Virus record (IMG/VR): IMGVR_UViG_3300012954_000007
Direction: 5' to 3' (one strand)
Origin: a virus
DNA length: 64,000 bases
This document shows, piece by piece, positions 27,003 through 40,800 of the stretch. The notes under the pieces are model-generated. The model saw only the letters and a list, made by a program, of their open reading frames with translations, did no database searches and had not been told where the DNA came from. Position 1 is the stretch's first letter; each line of letters starts with the position of its first letter. A program made the position numbers and the translations under genes.

Positions 27003-29081
27003 ATGGCTAACGAAGAATCAGGTAAATGGGATAGTAGGTGGGGACCAAAACCCCGTAATTGGGATTCTATGTCCCGACAAGACCAGATTAATGCTGCAGT
27101 CAACGCACAACAAGCAACTAATACCAAACAATCTGCACAATCCCAACAACAATTAAATAGTGAAATCGAGACTGGTAATAAACTATTAGATAATAGTTTA
27201 GATAAGTATAAAGATTTAGCTGGGTTCTTGGGTGATGCCACTCAAGAACAACAAGCACGAAACTCATTACAAGACATTGCTAAGGAAGCCTTAGAAAGAG
27301 AAACTAAAATTCGTAAGACTTTAGTAATTGAGATGGGCTTAATGGGTGGTCTACAAGACACTCAGAATGAAAAAATACAAAAAGCTGCTGTAGAAGCTCA
27401 AAGATATGGAGTTGAAATGGATGCTGTATTGAGAGTAATGGGAGACCTAAGTAACATTATGGGTCGAAACGTTTTAATTTCAGATGAAGATATAAGTAGA
27501 CTTGCTATATTTAAAGAGGCAATGCCTACCGCGGACGTTGAAGAGATGGTAAAATATTTTGACCAGATGGGATTCTCAGTACAAAAAGCTTTAGATTTTG
27601 GAAATGACATGGCGGGTGTCGCTAGAGGAATGGGTCTGAATATAGGTAAGTTTATGGGTACCGTTACTCGTAACATGAAAATGATGAATACCTATAATTT
27701 TGCAGATGGTGTTCAAGGATTTGCTAGAATGGCAGCTCAAGCACAAAAACTAGGTTTGGATATGTCTAATGTGTCTAGGATTGCTGATGACGTTATGGAC
27801 CCTGAAGGTGCTATCAGTTTAGCTGCTAATTTACAAGTGATTGGTGGTGCGGTAGGAGACTTAGCCGACCCGTTTAAAATGATGTATATGGCAACTAATG
27901 ACCTAGAAGGACTACAAAATGCAATAGTTCAAGCGGGTACAGATTTAGCTGTATTTAATGAAGAAACTGGTGAAATATCTTTCCCACCTACATCTCAAAG
28001 ACAATTAAAAGCATTAGCTGACGAATTAAAAATAGGTAAAGACGAATTAGCTTCTATGATTAAGTTACAAGCTAAGTTTGCGAATATGCAGAATCAGTTT
28101 TCTATGGCATTAGAAGCCACACCAGAAGTACAGGAGTTTGTGACCAGTATGGCCAATTTAAATGAAGATGGTAAATACGAAATTGATTTAAATGGTGATA
28201 CTGTCGAATTAGAAGACCTAACAGCACCACAGGTTGAAGAACTTAAAAAATTAAGGGAACAACAAATGCAAAAGGATAAAGAAATGGATGCTCTTACTGA
28301 AAAAGAAATTCTAATTCAATCCAGAGACGCACTAACCAATATTAACAACGCTATTAGAGCTACTGATACAGCAATATTAGGTGGTGTAGCGTCAGGTATT
28401 AATGCTTCAGAAATAACTACTGAACTTAATAAAGCTATAAGTAAAGCGTTTAGTAGTGGAGAACTAACCAACCTAAGTGGTCTTGTTGGAGATTTTACGA
28501 CTGCTGGTATAGAAACTATGTTTGGTGACGACATAAATAAATTAACTACAGGTATAAGTGAAGTGTCTAATGTCATACAAGCTTTTGTAGGTACAGGAGC
28601 TGGAGGTATAAATGACCTATTCAAAAAAATGACAGAAGCAACTGAAAAAGATTTTAAGTTACAAACTGGTTATTTTTATCTTAATAAAGTAGAAGGTGAA
28701 GCCGTTAATGACTTTAATTTAGAACCTGGAGAAACAAAAGCTGTTTTAAAATCAGATGGACAATTTTTAATACCCTCAATGAATGACACAGTAAGTGGTG
28801 TTGATTTAACCGCTGGAGCTAAGGGAGCTAACTTAGGGTCATTAGTTAATAATGTTGGAAGTGTAGGTGAAAAAATAGTAAAAGTACAATTTACTGGGAT
28901 ACCTTCTAGGATACCGATTGAGCTAAGTGGTAAAAACATGGGAGACTTTAACTTTATGGGATTAGTCGGTAATGAACTGTTTATGCAAAAGTTAAAATCC
29001 CAATTAATAGAAACTAATTTAACTACGGCTCCAGGAATGAACAATGAAAGAGAACTAGCTAGATACGATAGTATGACTTAG
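27003..29081 (+). CDS. tape measure protein
   Basis: Ala/Gln/Met-rich helical protein directly after the chaperone pair. Confidence 0.7.
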   Translation: MANEESGKWDSRWGPKPRNWDSMSRQDQINAAVNAQQATNTKQSAQSQQQLNSEIETGNKLLDNSLDKYKDLAGFLGDATQEQQARNSLQDIAKEALERETKIRKTLVIEMGLMGGLQDTQNEKIQKAAVEAQRYGVEMDAVLRVMGDLSNIMGRNVLISDEDISRLAIFKEAMPTADVEEMVKYFDQMGFSVQKALDFGNDMAGVARGMGLNIGKFMGTVTRNMKMMNTYNFADGVQGFARMAAQAQKLGLDMSNVSRIADDVMDPEGAISLAANLQVIGGAVGDLADPFKMMYMATNDLEGLQNAIVQAGTDLAVFNEETGEISFPPTSQRQLKALADELKIGKDELASMIKLQAKFANMQNQFSMALEATPEVQEFVTSMANLNEDGKYEIDLNGDTVELEDLTAPQVEELKKLREQQMQKDKEMDALTEKEILIQSRDALTNINNAIRATDTAILGGVASGINASEITTELNKAISKAFSSGELTNLSGLVGDFTTAGIETMFGDDINKLTTGISEVSNVIQAFVGTGAGGINDLFKKMTEATEKDFKLQTGYFYLNKVEGEAVNDFNLEPGETKAVLKSDGQFLIPSMNDTVSGVDLTAGAKGANLGSLVNNVGSVGEKIVKVQFTGIPSRIPIELSGKNMGDFNFMGLVGNELFMQKLKSQLIETNLTTAPGMNNERELARYDSMT

Positions 29082-29127
29082 GTCTAATATTTCTATTATT
29101 GAATATTTATAATAAAAACAAGATAAT

Positions 29128-32100
29128 ATGCCAGGGTTACCACAAAATAATAATTTTTCTTCATTAAGTTTTTCAGGTACTAAAGCACTTAGAGACTTAC
29201 TTTTGACTAAGAATTTACCTAATCCAGAAGGTTTAGGACCCTATGGAAATTATACAAACGCAACATACTCCACCGCCTCACTAGCCGTTAAAGATGTAAT
29301 AGACCAACCCAGTGTTGAAGTTAACTCTGAAATGTATTTAAATAAACTATATTTAAATAACGCTTATGGACCCGAAGGTGGATATTCTGACTTTATTAAA
29401 ATTTACACAACCAGCCAAGGGGTAGCTAAAGTTAATGAAGGTCTTTACCCAGACTTTACTCCACCAGAAACAGGAACTGGATTATTTGGTGAAAATCCTT
29501 TTAGGTTAGTGGGAAGGTATTACTCACCGATAGATATATTGTTAGGTGTTTCCGCTGAAGGATTATTGTCACAAACACTATTAGAGGACAGTCCATTACA
29601 ACAAGCAGGAGCAATCCAACTAAGAGCAGAATTCCAAGAGAGAATAGCTCAAGAACTATATCAAGAAACTATTGGGAGATTAAGTTTTGTGGATGCTCTA
29701 CAAGACCCTGTAGACGCTTTAGAGATAGTTACTGGTAGACAACCCCTAATTAATAGAAATTACAGTATAACCCAACCTAAATCACTTGTAGGTCAAGGAT
29801 TAGATTTTGTATCTAGACTAACGGGTGTCTATGTCCCATATTCTTACATTCCTGGTGATTATTTTGAATTAGAACCACCTAGAGGATTGGGTATGGGTGG
29901 TAAAATACTTTCTGATATAACAGGAATTTTAGGTAGTTTAGTGGGCATACCTAGAAGAAGACAATCACCATCTCAAAGGTTCTTAGAATATACTGGAGGG
30001 GGCACTAAATCTAAATTATTTAAACATATAAGATACAATAAATACGGACCCCAATATGGTGAAGGTGCACAAGCTCAAACAGCTATAGGTGCTGGATTTG
30101 GAGAAGCTATAGATTTTATTGCTGGTGGTGTACTAGGATTTGGTAATTTTCCACCTAACCCACCTCAATATGTTGGAGGACCTAGAAATAGAATAGCGGA
30201 CATGACCAGTCCACCAGACAACACGTTTGCTGGTAAGAATTATGTTCCGATGTTTGGTCCAGACGCGGTAGCTAAAGAATTTGATTCAAATGAGTACGAG
30301 TTCGGTATGAAAGGTAGAACTTATACGAATCAAGGAAATGTTCCTGGTGGATTTACTTGGTTTACGGACAAAACTCCAGGAGGTGGATTTTTAAATAGTG
30401 TTGGGTCATTATTCAATAATAACGCTAATAACAATAGAATAGGACCACAAGAACCAGGAGCTACACAAGGTCCTGAAGGTTCTACCGACGATACCACGAG
30501 ATACCAAACCCCAAATAATTACGATAGTACTAAATCTACTAATTACGACTTTAGGGAAGACAGTATAATGGATACAACACAACAGATTATAGATTCTGTA
30601 CCCAAAGGAGGTGCAGCACTTAAATCTGTTTCTCACGCCATGAATCAAGTCAGTAAAGTTTTTAATGACGGTTATAAAGAATTAACAAAAGGTTCTAGAG
30701 TTAGAAAATTCGTAAATACTGACCCAACATCTGGAGAAGGTGTAGAAGAAGCTAGAGAATACTGTAGAGTTTGGACTAAAGACGTACCTTATTACACTTA
30801 TGATAGGTTAGTTAGATTTAATATGAACCACAGAAAAGAGACATACTCTGTATTAGATAGTCCTTACAATTTAAATATCGCACCTCACAGAACAGATGAA
30901 ACTGGAAAAGGCTCCAGTAATATTGTAGATGGTAAGGTTAAAAAATACATGTTTTCAATAGAAAACTTAGCTTGGAGAACTAGTGGAGAACCTGGATTTA
31001 CTTATGATGATTTACCTTCTTGTGAAAAAGGCCCTAACGGTGGAAGAATAATGTGGTTCCCCCCTTATGACTTAAGCGTGGACGAATCAAGTAACGCCAC
31101 TTGGACAGACAATAATTTTCTTGGAAGACCAGAACCTATATATACGTATAATAATACAAATAGAACTGGGAGTTTACGTTTTAAAATTGTTGTAGACCAC
31201 CCTAGTATTTTAAATTTATTAGTAAGGAAAGAGTTAGAAAAATTAGGTCCTGAAGAAACAGACGCTATTGTAGATTCTTTCTTTGCTGGATGTAAAAAAT
31301 ATGATATATTTGATTTAGCTAGAAAATGGCAACAATTTTCCGTAAATGAGTTACAAGAAATGTTAAATACCCCAGGATTATCCAGTGATGCTACCAGAGA
31401 AATTATTAACGAAGCGGCAACTGAAGAACCTGAACTAACTAACCCTACACCACTTCCAACACTAAAACCTAACCTATACTTTTATTTTGATAATGACTAT
31501 CCAGATAATAATACTAATTCTACCAAATCTACAGTAAGTTATGTGGCGTGTGCGGAAGGAAGTATGTCTAAGTTCGGTCAATATTTGGTACCACCTACAC
31601 CGACTGCTCCAGCTTCATTTCAAAAGTATATGAATAAAGCTCCCGACTCGGACGAACCTGGATTTAGTAATTTCTTTAAAGTAGATGCTGGTAAATCTGG
31701 TGGATTAGGTGGAGGTTCCGCTTACGACCAATACAACGTTGTTTGGCCTCAATTTGCTAGAGATTTAAAAGCGGTACTAGATTCTGGACTAAAAAAAGTA
31801 ATTTTAAAATTTGCTGGTTCCGCAAGTTCTATCGCGACTAGTTCTTATAATAAGAATTTATCTAAAAGAAGGTTAGATTCTGTATTACAAATGTTTAGAG
31901 CTTATGAAATAGACGGTAAAAACGCCTTCAAAGTGTATATGGAAAAAGGAATATTACAAATTCCTGTTGGTGAAGCTATGGGGGAAAGTAAATGTAATAC
32001 AGATACTGGTGGTACGGGTGAAGGTGTAAATGGTGTTGGTTTGAATGAAACAGGGGTAATTGGTAGTAGTTCAGCAGTTGGTACCGCTGATGCAAATAAC

Positions 32101-34293
32101 GATGGTCAACCAGATAATACCGATGCTGTATATTCAGCTCCTGCTGCGGGATGTAGATATGTTGTAATCGACGCAATAGAGTACGAAGACATACCCCAAC
32201 CAGAACCAGAACCTGAACCAAAACCCCCAATAGAAAGAAAAAGAATTAGACCTATACAACAACAAGAACAACTTAATATAGAAAAAGATAAAAATACTAG
32301 AAGAGAAATAGCAAATAAAGTGTTGATGAAAATGGTTACAGAATGTGATTATTTTGATATGATTCAAGAAGAAAATGAATTTATATACGATTCCTTAAAA
32401 CAAAAATTTAAGTTTTTTCACCCAGCTTTTCATGCTATAACACCAGAAGGGTTAAATAGTAGACTTACTTTTTTAAATCAATGTGTTAGACCAGGAGCTA
32501 CTATACCAACCGTAACTAAAGAAGGTTCTTTAAATAGAGCTGTTGACGCTAAAAATACTTCCTTTGGTGCTCCTCCGATATGTGTTCTAAGATTTGGTGA
32601 TTTTTATAATACTAAAATTGCAATTGATAATGTTGCTTTTTCTTACGACGAAAATTTATTAGATTTAAATCCAGAAGGTATAGGTGTACAACCTATGATA
32701 GCTAGTGTAACAATGAGTTTTAAATTTATTGGAGCTCAAGGATTAAAAGAACCAGTTAATCAATTACAAAATGCACTATCATTTAATTTCTTTGCTAATA
32801 CTGAAATGTACGATGATAGAGCGGTATTAACTGTAACAGATGATGACCCAGATGAACAAGCTTGGATTGCTGAAAATTCAGACTTAATTAAAAATGTTGG
32901 TTTAGAAAACCCTGAAGGTACAGCTGATGAAACAGATGAAAGAGATACATCCGCAAATGATGGAATAACTATTGGTGATAGAACTAATTCATATGGTGGA
33001 ACAACTGGACAAACGGGAACAATTAATTATAAAAATAATTGGAATGATTTAAGTAATGCAGCTTACGAATATATTACTAGTACTAACAACGATTTATTCA
33101 ATTATGTTAGAAATCAAAACTACGCTGGATTACAAATATTCTTTGACGAAAAAGAAATGTTTGAGGGTGAGTATACAGTCGCTACATCAACAGGACCGAC
33201 AGGTACTTTTGGAAATTTAATAGGTAAATCAAAAGGTTGGGAAATTAGATTAAAGAAACTAGAAGACGCGTATAAAGTTAAAATTGAAAATGGTACCACA
33301 TACATCCAGAGTTTAGCTATAGACCTAACACCAACCCAAGAAGACGATTTAAAAACATACTTGTTAGAACAACTAGACTATAATATTACAGATTATGAAA
33401 TTGAGTTTACTCAATTAGATTTAGATTTAAAAGCAAGTACTTTAAAATATGTAAAAAATATAAACTCTTTAAACATTATTAATAGTGGTTTTGACGGTTA
33501 TGGTGAAAACGGTAAATGGACAGTATTACAATTGTCTGGAGGTTCCGAAACGTATCCAGTAGCTAACGGTGTGACAGCACCAACAGATACACTAGAAGAA
33601 TTAGGCAACGACTACAATTACTTAACCAACCTAATAACGTGTTATAGTCAAATTTATAATGGAGACGATAATGGATTATCCGTAGGTAATGTCCTTAATG
33701 ACGTTATAAGTGCCAAACTTACTGGTCCTGGTAAATTTACAATAACAGCACCACCACTAGTTGGAGTAAGTAATGACTTTAACTCCCCATCAGCGTCAAA
33801 TTTAACCCCGTTTATTATGGAGTATTACTTATTTGGTATGGACTTAATGGACCAATCTGCAATAGACTCTTTAGTTACTACTAATATTCAACCACTAAAA
33901 GATAATAATAGAAATTATACTGGACCAGCACTTTTTATAGATGATATGGTTAATGTACTTTATCCTCCACCATTTACAGTCCCTAATTGGGTAAGTACTT
34001 TTAGAAATGAAGTATCTCAGTACATAGCACTTAATGAAGATTTTTATATGAGAAAATTATTAGACATTAAAGAAGAATTTGTAGATAAAATGACACCACA
34101 AGGCAAGAGTACATTATCACAGGGTCTAACTAACCTAGTGTACCCAACAAATCTAACCGATTTAAAAGATGATAAAAAACGTGAAATGACATACGAACAA
34201 GTCACAGACCAAACTATAGAGGCTGAACTAAGAAACTATGCTAGTAAAACAAATCAAGGTGCGGACAGTAGTTTTAATTTAAAATTTAATTAA
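29128..34293 (+). CDS. large baseplate/tube-initiator protein with internal OmpA-like domain
   Basis: Tube-like segments (FLGRPEPIYTY, PPICVLRFGDFYNTKIAI...PMIASVTMSF) flank YFYFDND...GSAS...YNKNLSKRRLDSV...GE...CR. Confidence 0.6.
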   Translation: MPGLPQNNNFSSLSFSGTKALRDLLLTKNLPNPEGLGPYGNYTNATYSTASLAVKDVIDQPSVEVNSEMYLNKLYLNNAYGPEGGYSDFIKIYTTSQGVAKVNEGLYPDFTPPETGTGLFGENPFRLVGRYYSPIDILLGVSAEGLLSQTLLEDSPLQQAGAIQLRAEFQERIAQELYQETIGRLSFVDALQDPVDALEIVTGRQPLINRNYSITQPKSLVGQGLDFVSRLTGVYVPYSYIPGDYFELEPPRGLGMGGKILSDITGILGSLVGIPRRRQSPSQRFLEYTGGGTKSKLFKHIRYNKYGPQYGEGAQAQTAIGAGFGEAIDFIAGGVLGFGNFPPNPPQYVGGPRNRIADMTSPPDNTFAGKNYVPMFGPDAVAKEFDSNEYEFGMKGRTYTNQGNVPGGFTWFTDKTPGGGFLNSVGSLFNNNANNNRIGPQEPGATQGPEGSTDDTTRYQTPNNYDSTKSTNYDFREDSIMDTTQQIIDSVPKGGAALKSVSHAMNQVSKVFNDGYKELTKGSRVRKFVNTDPTSGEGVEEAREYCRVWTKDVPYYTYDRLVRFNMNHRKETYSVLDSPYNLNIAPHRTDETGKGSSNIVDGKVKKYMFSIENLAWRTSGEPGFTYDDLPSCEKGPNGGRIMWFPPYDLSVDESSNATWTDNNFLGRPEPIYTYNNTNRTGSLRFKIVVDHPSILNLLVRKELEKLGPEETDAIVDSFFAGCKKYDIFDLARKWQQFSVNELQEMLNTPGLSSDATREIINEAATEEPELTNPTPLPTLKPNLYFYFDNDYPDNNTNSTKSTVSYVACAEGSMSKFGQYLVPPTPTAPASFQKYMNKAPDSDEPGFSNFFKVDAGKSGGLGGGSAYDQYNVVWPQFARDLKAVLDSGLKKVILKFAGSASSIATSSYNKNLSKRRLDSVLQMFRAYEIDGKNAFKVYMEKGILQIPVGEAMGESKCNTDTGGTGEGVNGVGLNETGVIGSSSAVGTADANNDGQPDNTDAVYSAPAAGCRYVVIDAIEYEDIPQPEPEPEPKPPIERKRIRPIQQQEQLNIEKDKNTRREIANKVLMKMVTECDYFDMIQEENEFIYDSLKQKFKFFHPAFHAITPEGLNSRLTFLNQCVRPGATIPTVTKEGSLNRAVDAKNTSFGAPPICVLRFGDFYNTKIAIDNVAFSYDENLLDLNPEGIGVQPMIASVTMSFKFIGAQGLKEPVNQLQNALSFNFFANTEMYDDRAVLTVTDDDPDEQAWIAENSDLIKNVGLENPEGTADETDERDTSANDGITIGDRTNSYGGTTGQTGTINYKNNWNDLSNAAYEYITSTNNDLFNYVRNQNYAGLQIFFDEKEMFEGEYTVATSTGPTGTFGNLIGKSKGWEIRLKKLEDAYKVKIENGTTYIQSLAIDLTPTQEDDLKTYLLEQLDYNITDYEIEFTQLDLDLKASTLKYVKNINSLNIINSGFDGYGENGKWTVLQLSGGSETYPVANGVTAPTDTLEELGNDYNYLTNLITCYSQIYNGDDNGLSVGNVLNDVISAKLTGPGKFTITAPPLVGVSNDFNSPSASNLTPFIMEYYLFGMDLMDQSAIDSLVTTNIQPLKDNNRNYTGPALFIDDMVNVLYPPPFTVPNWVSTFRNEVSQYIALNEDFYMRKLLDIKEEFVDKMTPQGKSTLSQGLTNLVYPTNLTDLKDDKKREMTYEQVTDQTIEAELRNYASKTNQGADSSFNLKFN

Positions 34294-34295
34294 TT

Positions 34296-34787
34296 ATGGC
34301 TAGATATTATAATAGATATGGAGACTTTAATATAAACGGTGAAAACCTCACGGTACCTTTTATTAAACTACCATCATTATCTTCAGATAAAAAAATAATT
34401 TATAAAGTTAATGCGTCAAGATTAGATAAGATTAGTCAACAATATTATGGTAGTCCCTACTTTGGCTGGTTAATTTTACAAGCAAATCCTCAAGTTGGAG
34501 GGTTAGAATGGAATATTAAAGACGGACAAGTATTGATTGTTCCGTTTCCTTTAGTAGCTTCTTTGCAAAATTATAAACAAGCAGTGGACGACTATTTCTT
34601 TTTCTATGGTAAAAATTTACCTATGAATACATATACAGTACCTAATATTACATCTACTCCAATAACTTATGTGGCACCTGTAAGTGACAATACAACTGGA
34701 ACCCAAGGAACCATAAATACTAGTCCTAATACGTCTAGTGGTGGAGGAACAAGTTCAGGTGGTGGTTCTTATTCGTCTTCTTATTAA
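34296..34787 (+). CDS. LysM-like baseplate wedge protein (gp53/gpX-like)
   Basis: RLDKISQQYYGSPYFGWLILQANP...GQVLIVP. Confidence 0.75.
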   Translation: MARYYNRYGDFNINGENLTVPFIKLPSLSSDKKIIYKVNASRLDKISQQYYGSPYFGWLILQANPQVGGLEWNIKDGQVLIVPFPLVASLQNYKQAVDDYFFFYGKNLPMNTYTVPNITSTPITYVAPVSDNTTGTQGTINTSPNTSSGGGTSSGGGSYSSSY

Positions 34788-34801
34788 TTTAAAAGTTAAA
34801 C

Positions 34802-37800
34802 ATGGCAAATGAAATTAGTAACGGGGATAATATATTAGTAGAATTTTCCGAAAATAATATTTTATTGGTTGACCCTAGTAGGGTTTTTGAAGGAGGTAGA
34901 GTAAAAGATAGATTAGTTGACGCTGAAAATCTTGTTATATATGCTAGTCTAAAAGCTAGGGTAGTACCACGTAGTAAATTAATTGCGGGTGCCGGTGTAG
35001 ATAATCAAACACCAGAAGCTTTTGTTGATGTTTTTGAAGGTGAAATTAATTTTCTAAAACCAGAAGGTAAAGATTTTTACACTAGTGATTGGACTGACAC
35101 ACAAACAGGTAAAGGATTCGCTACAGCGGGAGGTGCATTAAATCAAAGAGTACAAAATACAATAACAGACCCTGTTACGGGACAAGTTAGTATTACTGAA
35201 GAAATTAAAAATAGACTAGATTCCGAAGGTTTTGGAATCAATAACATTTCTGTTACCTTAAATAGAGCGTTTACTCCCATAGTAAACATAACTTTTACAG
35301 ACGTTAGAGGACAAACACTTTTTGAACAAGGACCTAACTCACCATATGCAGCTTTTTTCCAATTACCTTATCCACTATTCAAGTTAAAATTAAAAGGGTA
35401 TTACGGTAAAGCGGTAGAATACCAGTTGATGTTAGAAAAATTTAATGCTAGTTTTGATTCTAGCAGTGGAAACTACAATGTAACATGTAATTTTAAAGGG
35501 AGAGTTACAGCTTTATTAGCTGATATAACTTTACAAGAAATGAGAGTAGCTCCTTACATGTTTGCTAAATCATATGAAATAGAAACTGGTGAAGACGAAA
35601 AATCTTCTTTTTTTAGTAGTAGAGGTAGACAAACTTTAAGTCAAGTATATGAAGCTTATAAAGCAAAAGGACTAGTTAATAACAGTTTACCTGATTTAAC
35701 TATTGATGATTTAATAGACCGAGTAACAGAATTAGAAACAGATATAGAAAAAAAACTTAAATCATATAATCTAAACGCTTTAGATGATATAGAAACTTAC
35801 GATAGGTATAGTACAGCTTATAGAAATAAAATATTAGCTTCTGGTGGTTGGAGAGCAGTATATATAGATACAGATATAAATTCCGTTACTGGGCCAACAG
35901 TGGATGAAAAAACTGACAAGGTTTATTATGTGTTTAAAAAAGTTTATAGAGATAATCCAGTTAAACGAAAAGAGGCATTTGAAAATCTTAGAAAAAAAAT
36001 AAAAGAAGGTAATGAAGGTTTACTTAGAAATAAAACATTTGGAGATGGTGGAGAACAGTCTATACCTGTAGATATTAAATTAGAAGATTTTGAAGTTGCA
36101 CCCCCATTTGGATTCGAAGAAACGACCAACAGTTGGTTTACTTTTGAGACCTTTGAAGAAAAAATAGGTAAAATAATTACCGTATTTAACACTAAAAGAA
36201 CAGAAATAGAAAAAAATTTAACAAACGTAGTAAACTCAGTTGTTATAGAATCATTAGGTTTTAACCCCACAGTTAGAAATATATTTGCAATTTTTATAGC
36301 ACACGCGGATACTTTTCTAAGATTAATGGATGAAACACATACTCAAGCTTTTGCAGTTAGAGAAGAAACTGACAGACTAAATGCTGTTAGAGGTCCAGGT
36401 AACCCTAGTAGTACTGATGAGATAGTTATGATATATCCTTGGCCACACTACTATATTCAAGAAACTGATGAAAACGGACCCCAATACGTTAGTACCTATC
36501 CAGGGTCTGTTAAGGTTTTAGGTGAGACAAAAGCCTACGATTCTACTCTTTGGCCAGAGGTAAACTTTGTAGAGGAATTTTTTAAAGCACAAGTAATAAG
36601 TAATTCTGATAGTAAACCAGAGTTTTCGGTAAACACAGTGGGTGGTAACTGGATACCCATAACCTCTTTTGAGTTAGGGGAGGAACAAGTTTACATTAAT
36701 AAATCTGTTGTACCATTTAATTATGAAATTTGGGACCGTTCTACAATATTTTCTTGTTTTTCGGGACTGTCAACCAGACTAAAAACAAACGTATCACAAA
36801 ACACTTTTTACGAATTATCCAAAATAGAAGCAGCTAACATAAAAGAATATCTAACTGGTTTATTAGATTTAAATGAATTACTTAAAAATCAAAATTTTAA
36901 TTACAATACGTATCTAGATTATTTACAACAAATTTCACCTTTAAATAATTATCCTCTTCTTATACGAGACCAATTTAACACACCATATGTGAGGGTAAAA
37001 GTAAACGACTCTAGGTTTACAGTAACACCATTTAACGAATTTAAAAATTTAACATACCAACTCAACGATGGGAAAATAGAAAGTTCCTTATCCACCCTGG
37101 ATTCAGTTTTAGCTTCTGGTAATGTAAAAGAAAATAATATAATAGAAACTTTCCCGTTTTCTCATTTTGTTACGGCAGCACCAGGTACATCATGGACTGT
37201 TAACAACTTAGCGGGAGGGGTACAAATATCAAGTTATCAAAGTCTTAATAGTATACAACAAAGTGTAAGTTACCAAGCAGACCAAAAAGTATTTGCTTCT
37301 ATAATTCCCGATAATACCACCTCATCAGTAATAGAAAACATACAATTTTATACAGATGCAGATTGGGCAGCTAAAACAGCAATAACAGATTTAGCTACAA
37401 AAATTGATACAAGATTTATTAATAATCAAAACACTAAAAATTCTTGGGAGGTATTTTTCGGCACTGTACAATTCCAACCAGGCACAACCTATGTATGTAA
37501 TCAAAATCTAGTAACTACTGAAGGTAATTTAAATTATGGTGAAGATTATGATGGTAAAATATCTTCTAAACAAATAACTTCTTTATTGAATACCCCATAT
37601 TTTATTAATAGTATGGTAGAGGGTGTAAGTAATGAAATTAATGGTGTGGATAACCCATATAAGTCAGCAGCTTACTTATTTTTAAATTCGTTACCATTAC
37701 CCACACTTAGAGAAAAAACCTTACTATCCAACCAATCTACATACAATATTTATGGTGACTATATAGGTAAAACACTAAATCAAGTCTCAGCTGTTCATCC

Positions 37801-40800
37801 ATTACCTAGTGCATGGATTTTAAAATACGGTTCTATATGGCACAGATATAAACAATTTACTGAAAACGGTACTGATTTTTTAACTAATGTCTGGAATAAT
37901 TTTGACGCCAACACTTATTTTAATAACTCTAATGGGTTAGGATATACATATGATTTAAATGTAGGTGGAAGTGGTGCTACATTAACAAGTTTTGGTGGAC
38001 AGTGGAACCCTAACCCAACAACAGACCAACTAAATCTAGGATTTTATCCAGAATTAAATAATTATATTTATTATTTTGTTACCGGAGAATTATTATATGA
38101 CGGTTTAAATATTAGTGGTTTCCCTATTACAGATAACCAGATAAATCAATTATTGATACAAGAGGCTTTATACCTTAAAAAGGCGGAAGAATTAACAATA
38201 ACTTCCTTATCTACCGACCCCATACAAACTAAGGCTAATCTTTGGTTTAATTATTATGACTTAACTAGAGAATCTTATCTAAGTGGATATACCACACAAC
38301 AATATCTTTTATTCCCTTGTGAAGGAGGTATGAAAAAATCACAACTTGAATTTGAAGTGGACACACCTTACAATTTAAGTAATAATACAAATGTAACTAA
38401 CGGAGCAGCAAGATTAGTTTGGGCTTTATCTAATTATGGATATTTTGAACACAACCAAAATACGTTCCCACAACCAGACCAGTACCTTAAAAAAATAATG
38501 TCAGACCAAGAAGAACAACTTTCTTTTGATATTGTTAATAATGAAGATTACACGTCTATAGAAGAATTATTCGACATTTTTAGTCCTGAAATATTAGACA
38601 CGTTTGAAGAATATTTTTTAAACTTTACTAAAAAATTCGAACCAGACCCTCCGATATTTTATGAAAAAGAAAATATCATGAGTTTAAATTTTCAAAAAAC
38701 CCTTAGAGAGTTTTTAAAAATAGACCAAAATAAAGTTAATCCCACACAAAGTAACACTCAATTAAGTTATAATTTAGGACAAACACAGTTAAATAAAATT
38801 AATGTTACTCTAAGAGATTTCTTATCTCACCAAACAGCTTTTAACTTTTATAACCCAAAAGACGTAAACATTAGAGTATTTAAAAGTATAGCACCAACTT
38901 CAGGGGCTACTACATCCATTTCTTTTGGTAATTATCAAGGGAATTTACCACCAGACATTTCTTTAAACGACTCTACCACGTTATACGTAGATGAATGGAA
39001 AGAATTAAGAAAACAAGTTGGTTTTTATACAGATTCTTTATCTTCAGCTTATACACTAAATTTACTTTACAATGATAGTGGAAATTATGTTACAGAATTT
39101 TTCCGTGAATTAAATATAGAATTTAATGTTCCTAATATAAAATTATTGAGAAAAATAATTAGAATGTATGTAACAGCTAGAATTGAAGCTGGAGCCACAC
39201 AAAATATAAATAATTTAGAATTCTTACAAAGAATAAAAAATGAAGTAATTGATTCTTGGGAGTTTGGCCAATTTGATTTCTTAAATCAATTGTTCATACA
39301 ACTTAAAAAAGTTCTTCCACAAACAGCGGAAACACAAATAGACGATTTTTCTCAAAAATCAACATATGAAACAGATGAAAATAAATTAGAACAATATCAG
39401 GTATTTAAAACCTTGAACGATAAATGGATTGGGGGTGAAGAATTTAGTAATAAATACTTATTTGAAGATTTTTTATTTTATGATGTAGCTAATAGAGATA
39501 TTGGAGACAAAGCAATAATAACCACAGACGCTATTAAAAACTTTGGTAGTGTTAATAACGCTAATAAAAGTTTATTAACTATAATAGGTTCTTTATTACA
39601 AGGGAATTATTTTAATTTTATGGGAATGCCAAGTTATATTAACTTTTATGGTATGACCTCACAAGGAGACACACCGATACCTAAATTAAGTACACAAGAA
39701 GAAGCTGATGCTATATTCGGTACCCATCTTGAGGTAAATACACTGGACTCTGGACCCAAGTTTTTATGTCAATATGTAGGACCACCATCTACACAATTAG
39801 GTGGTGAGTTTACTAAAAAAAGTAAATTCCAAAATGATTCATTTAAATTAGGTAGAACAATACAAAACCCTTTATTATCTAATGATTATGACCCACAAAA
39901 AAATAATAAAGTAGTGGCATTTGCGGTAGACTTTGGAATACAAAGTCAAGGGATTTTTAAGGGGATAAGTTTAGACCAGAGTCAATTTAAAAACACATCA
40001 GAGTCATTTGCTGTTACTGAGGCTATGGCACAATCGGCTAACGATAAGAGTATACTAACGCAAGGTTTAAGTTTGTTTAACATTTATAAAAGTCGTTCAT
40101 ACACTTGTAAAATAGAAGCTATGGGTAATGTATGTATACAACCCACAATGTATTTTGAATTACGTCACGTACCCATGTTTAGTGGTCCATACCTTATATT
40201 AGACGTAGAACACAGTATTCAACCCAATACTATGACAACTAGTTTTACTGGAGTTAGAGTACCGTTCCATAAGATGCCTGAAGTAAGCCAATTAGTAGCT
40301 AAAGTAAATCAAAGTTTTTTAAATAAAGTAAGGAAAAAAGTTAAACAGGAAAAACAAATTGCAAGACAAGGAGGATTTGAAGCTGAAAGTACAACAGAAA
40401 GTGAATCAGTAAAAACAGGAAATAATAACTTTAGGGGAAGAAATGATGGTAAATTAGATTATATTGTTATTCACGTTACTGCGGGTGTAGATTATGGACC
40501 TAACCCAGTAAGTAATATTAACCAACAACACATTAATCGTGGTTTTGCTGGTATTGGATATCACTACTTAATATCAAGAGGGACTGAAGGTAGTAAACCA
40601 GACGGAACATTATATGGAGGAAGACCATATAATAAAGTAGGTGCACACGTATTAGGACATAATAGTAGGTCATTAGGTATAAGTATGATAGCAAATTGTG
40701 CAAAAATGGGAACATACACATCTACACCCACATCTACTAATGAATACCCTACAGATAATCAAAAAAATACTTTAGAATGGACCTTACTTTATCTTTTATT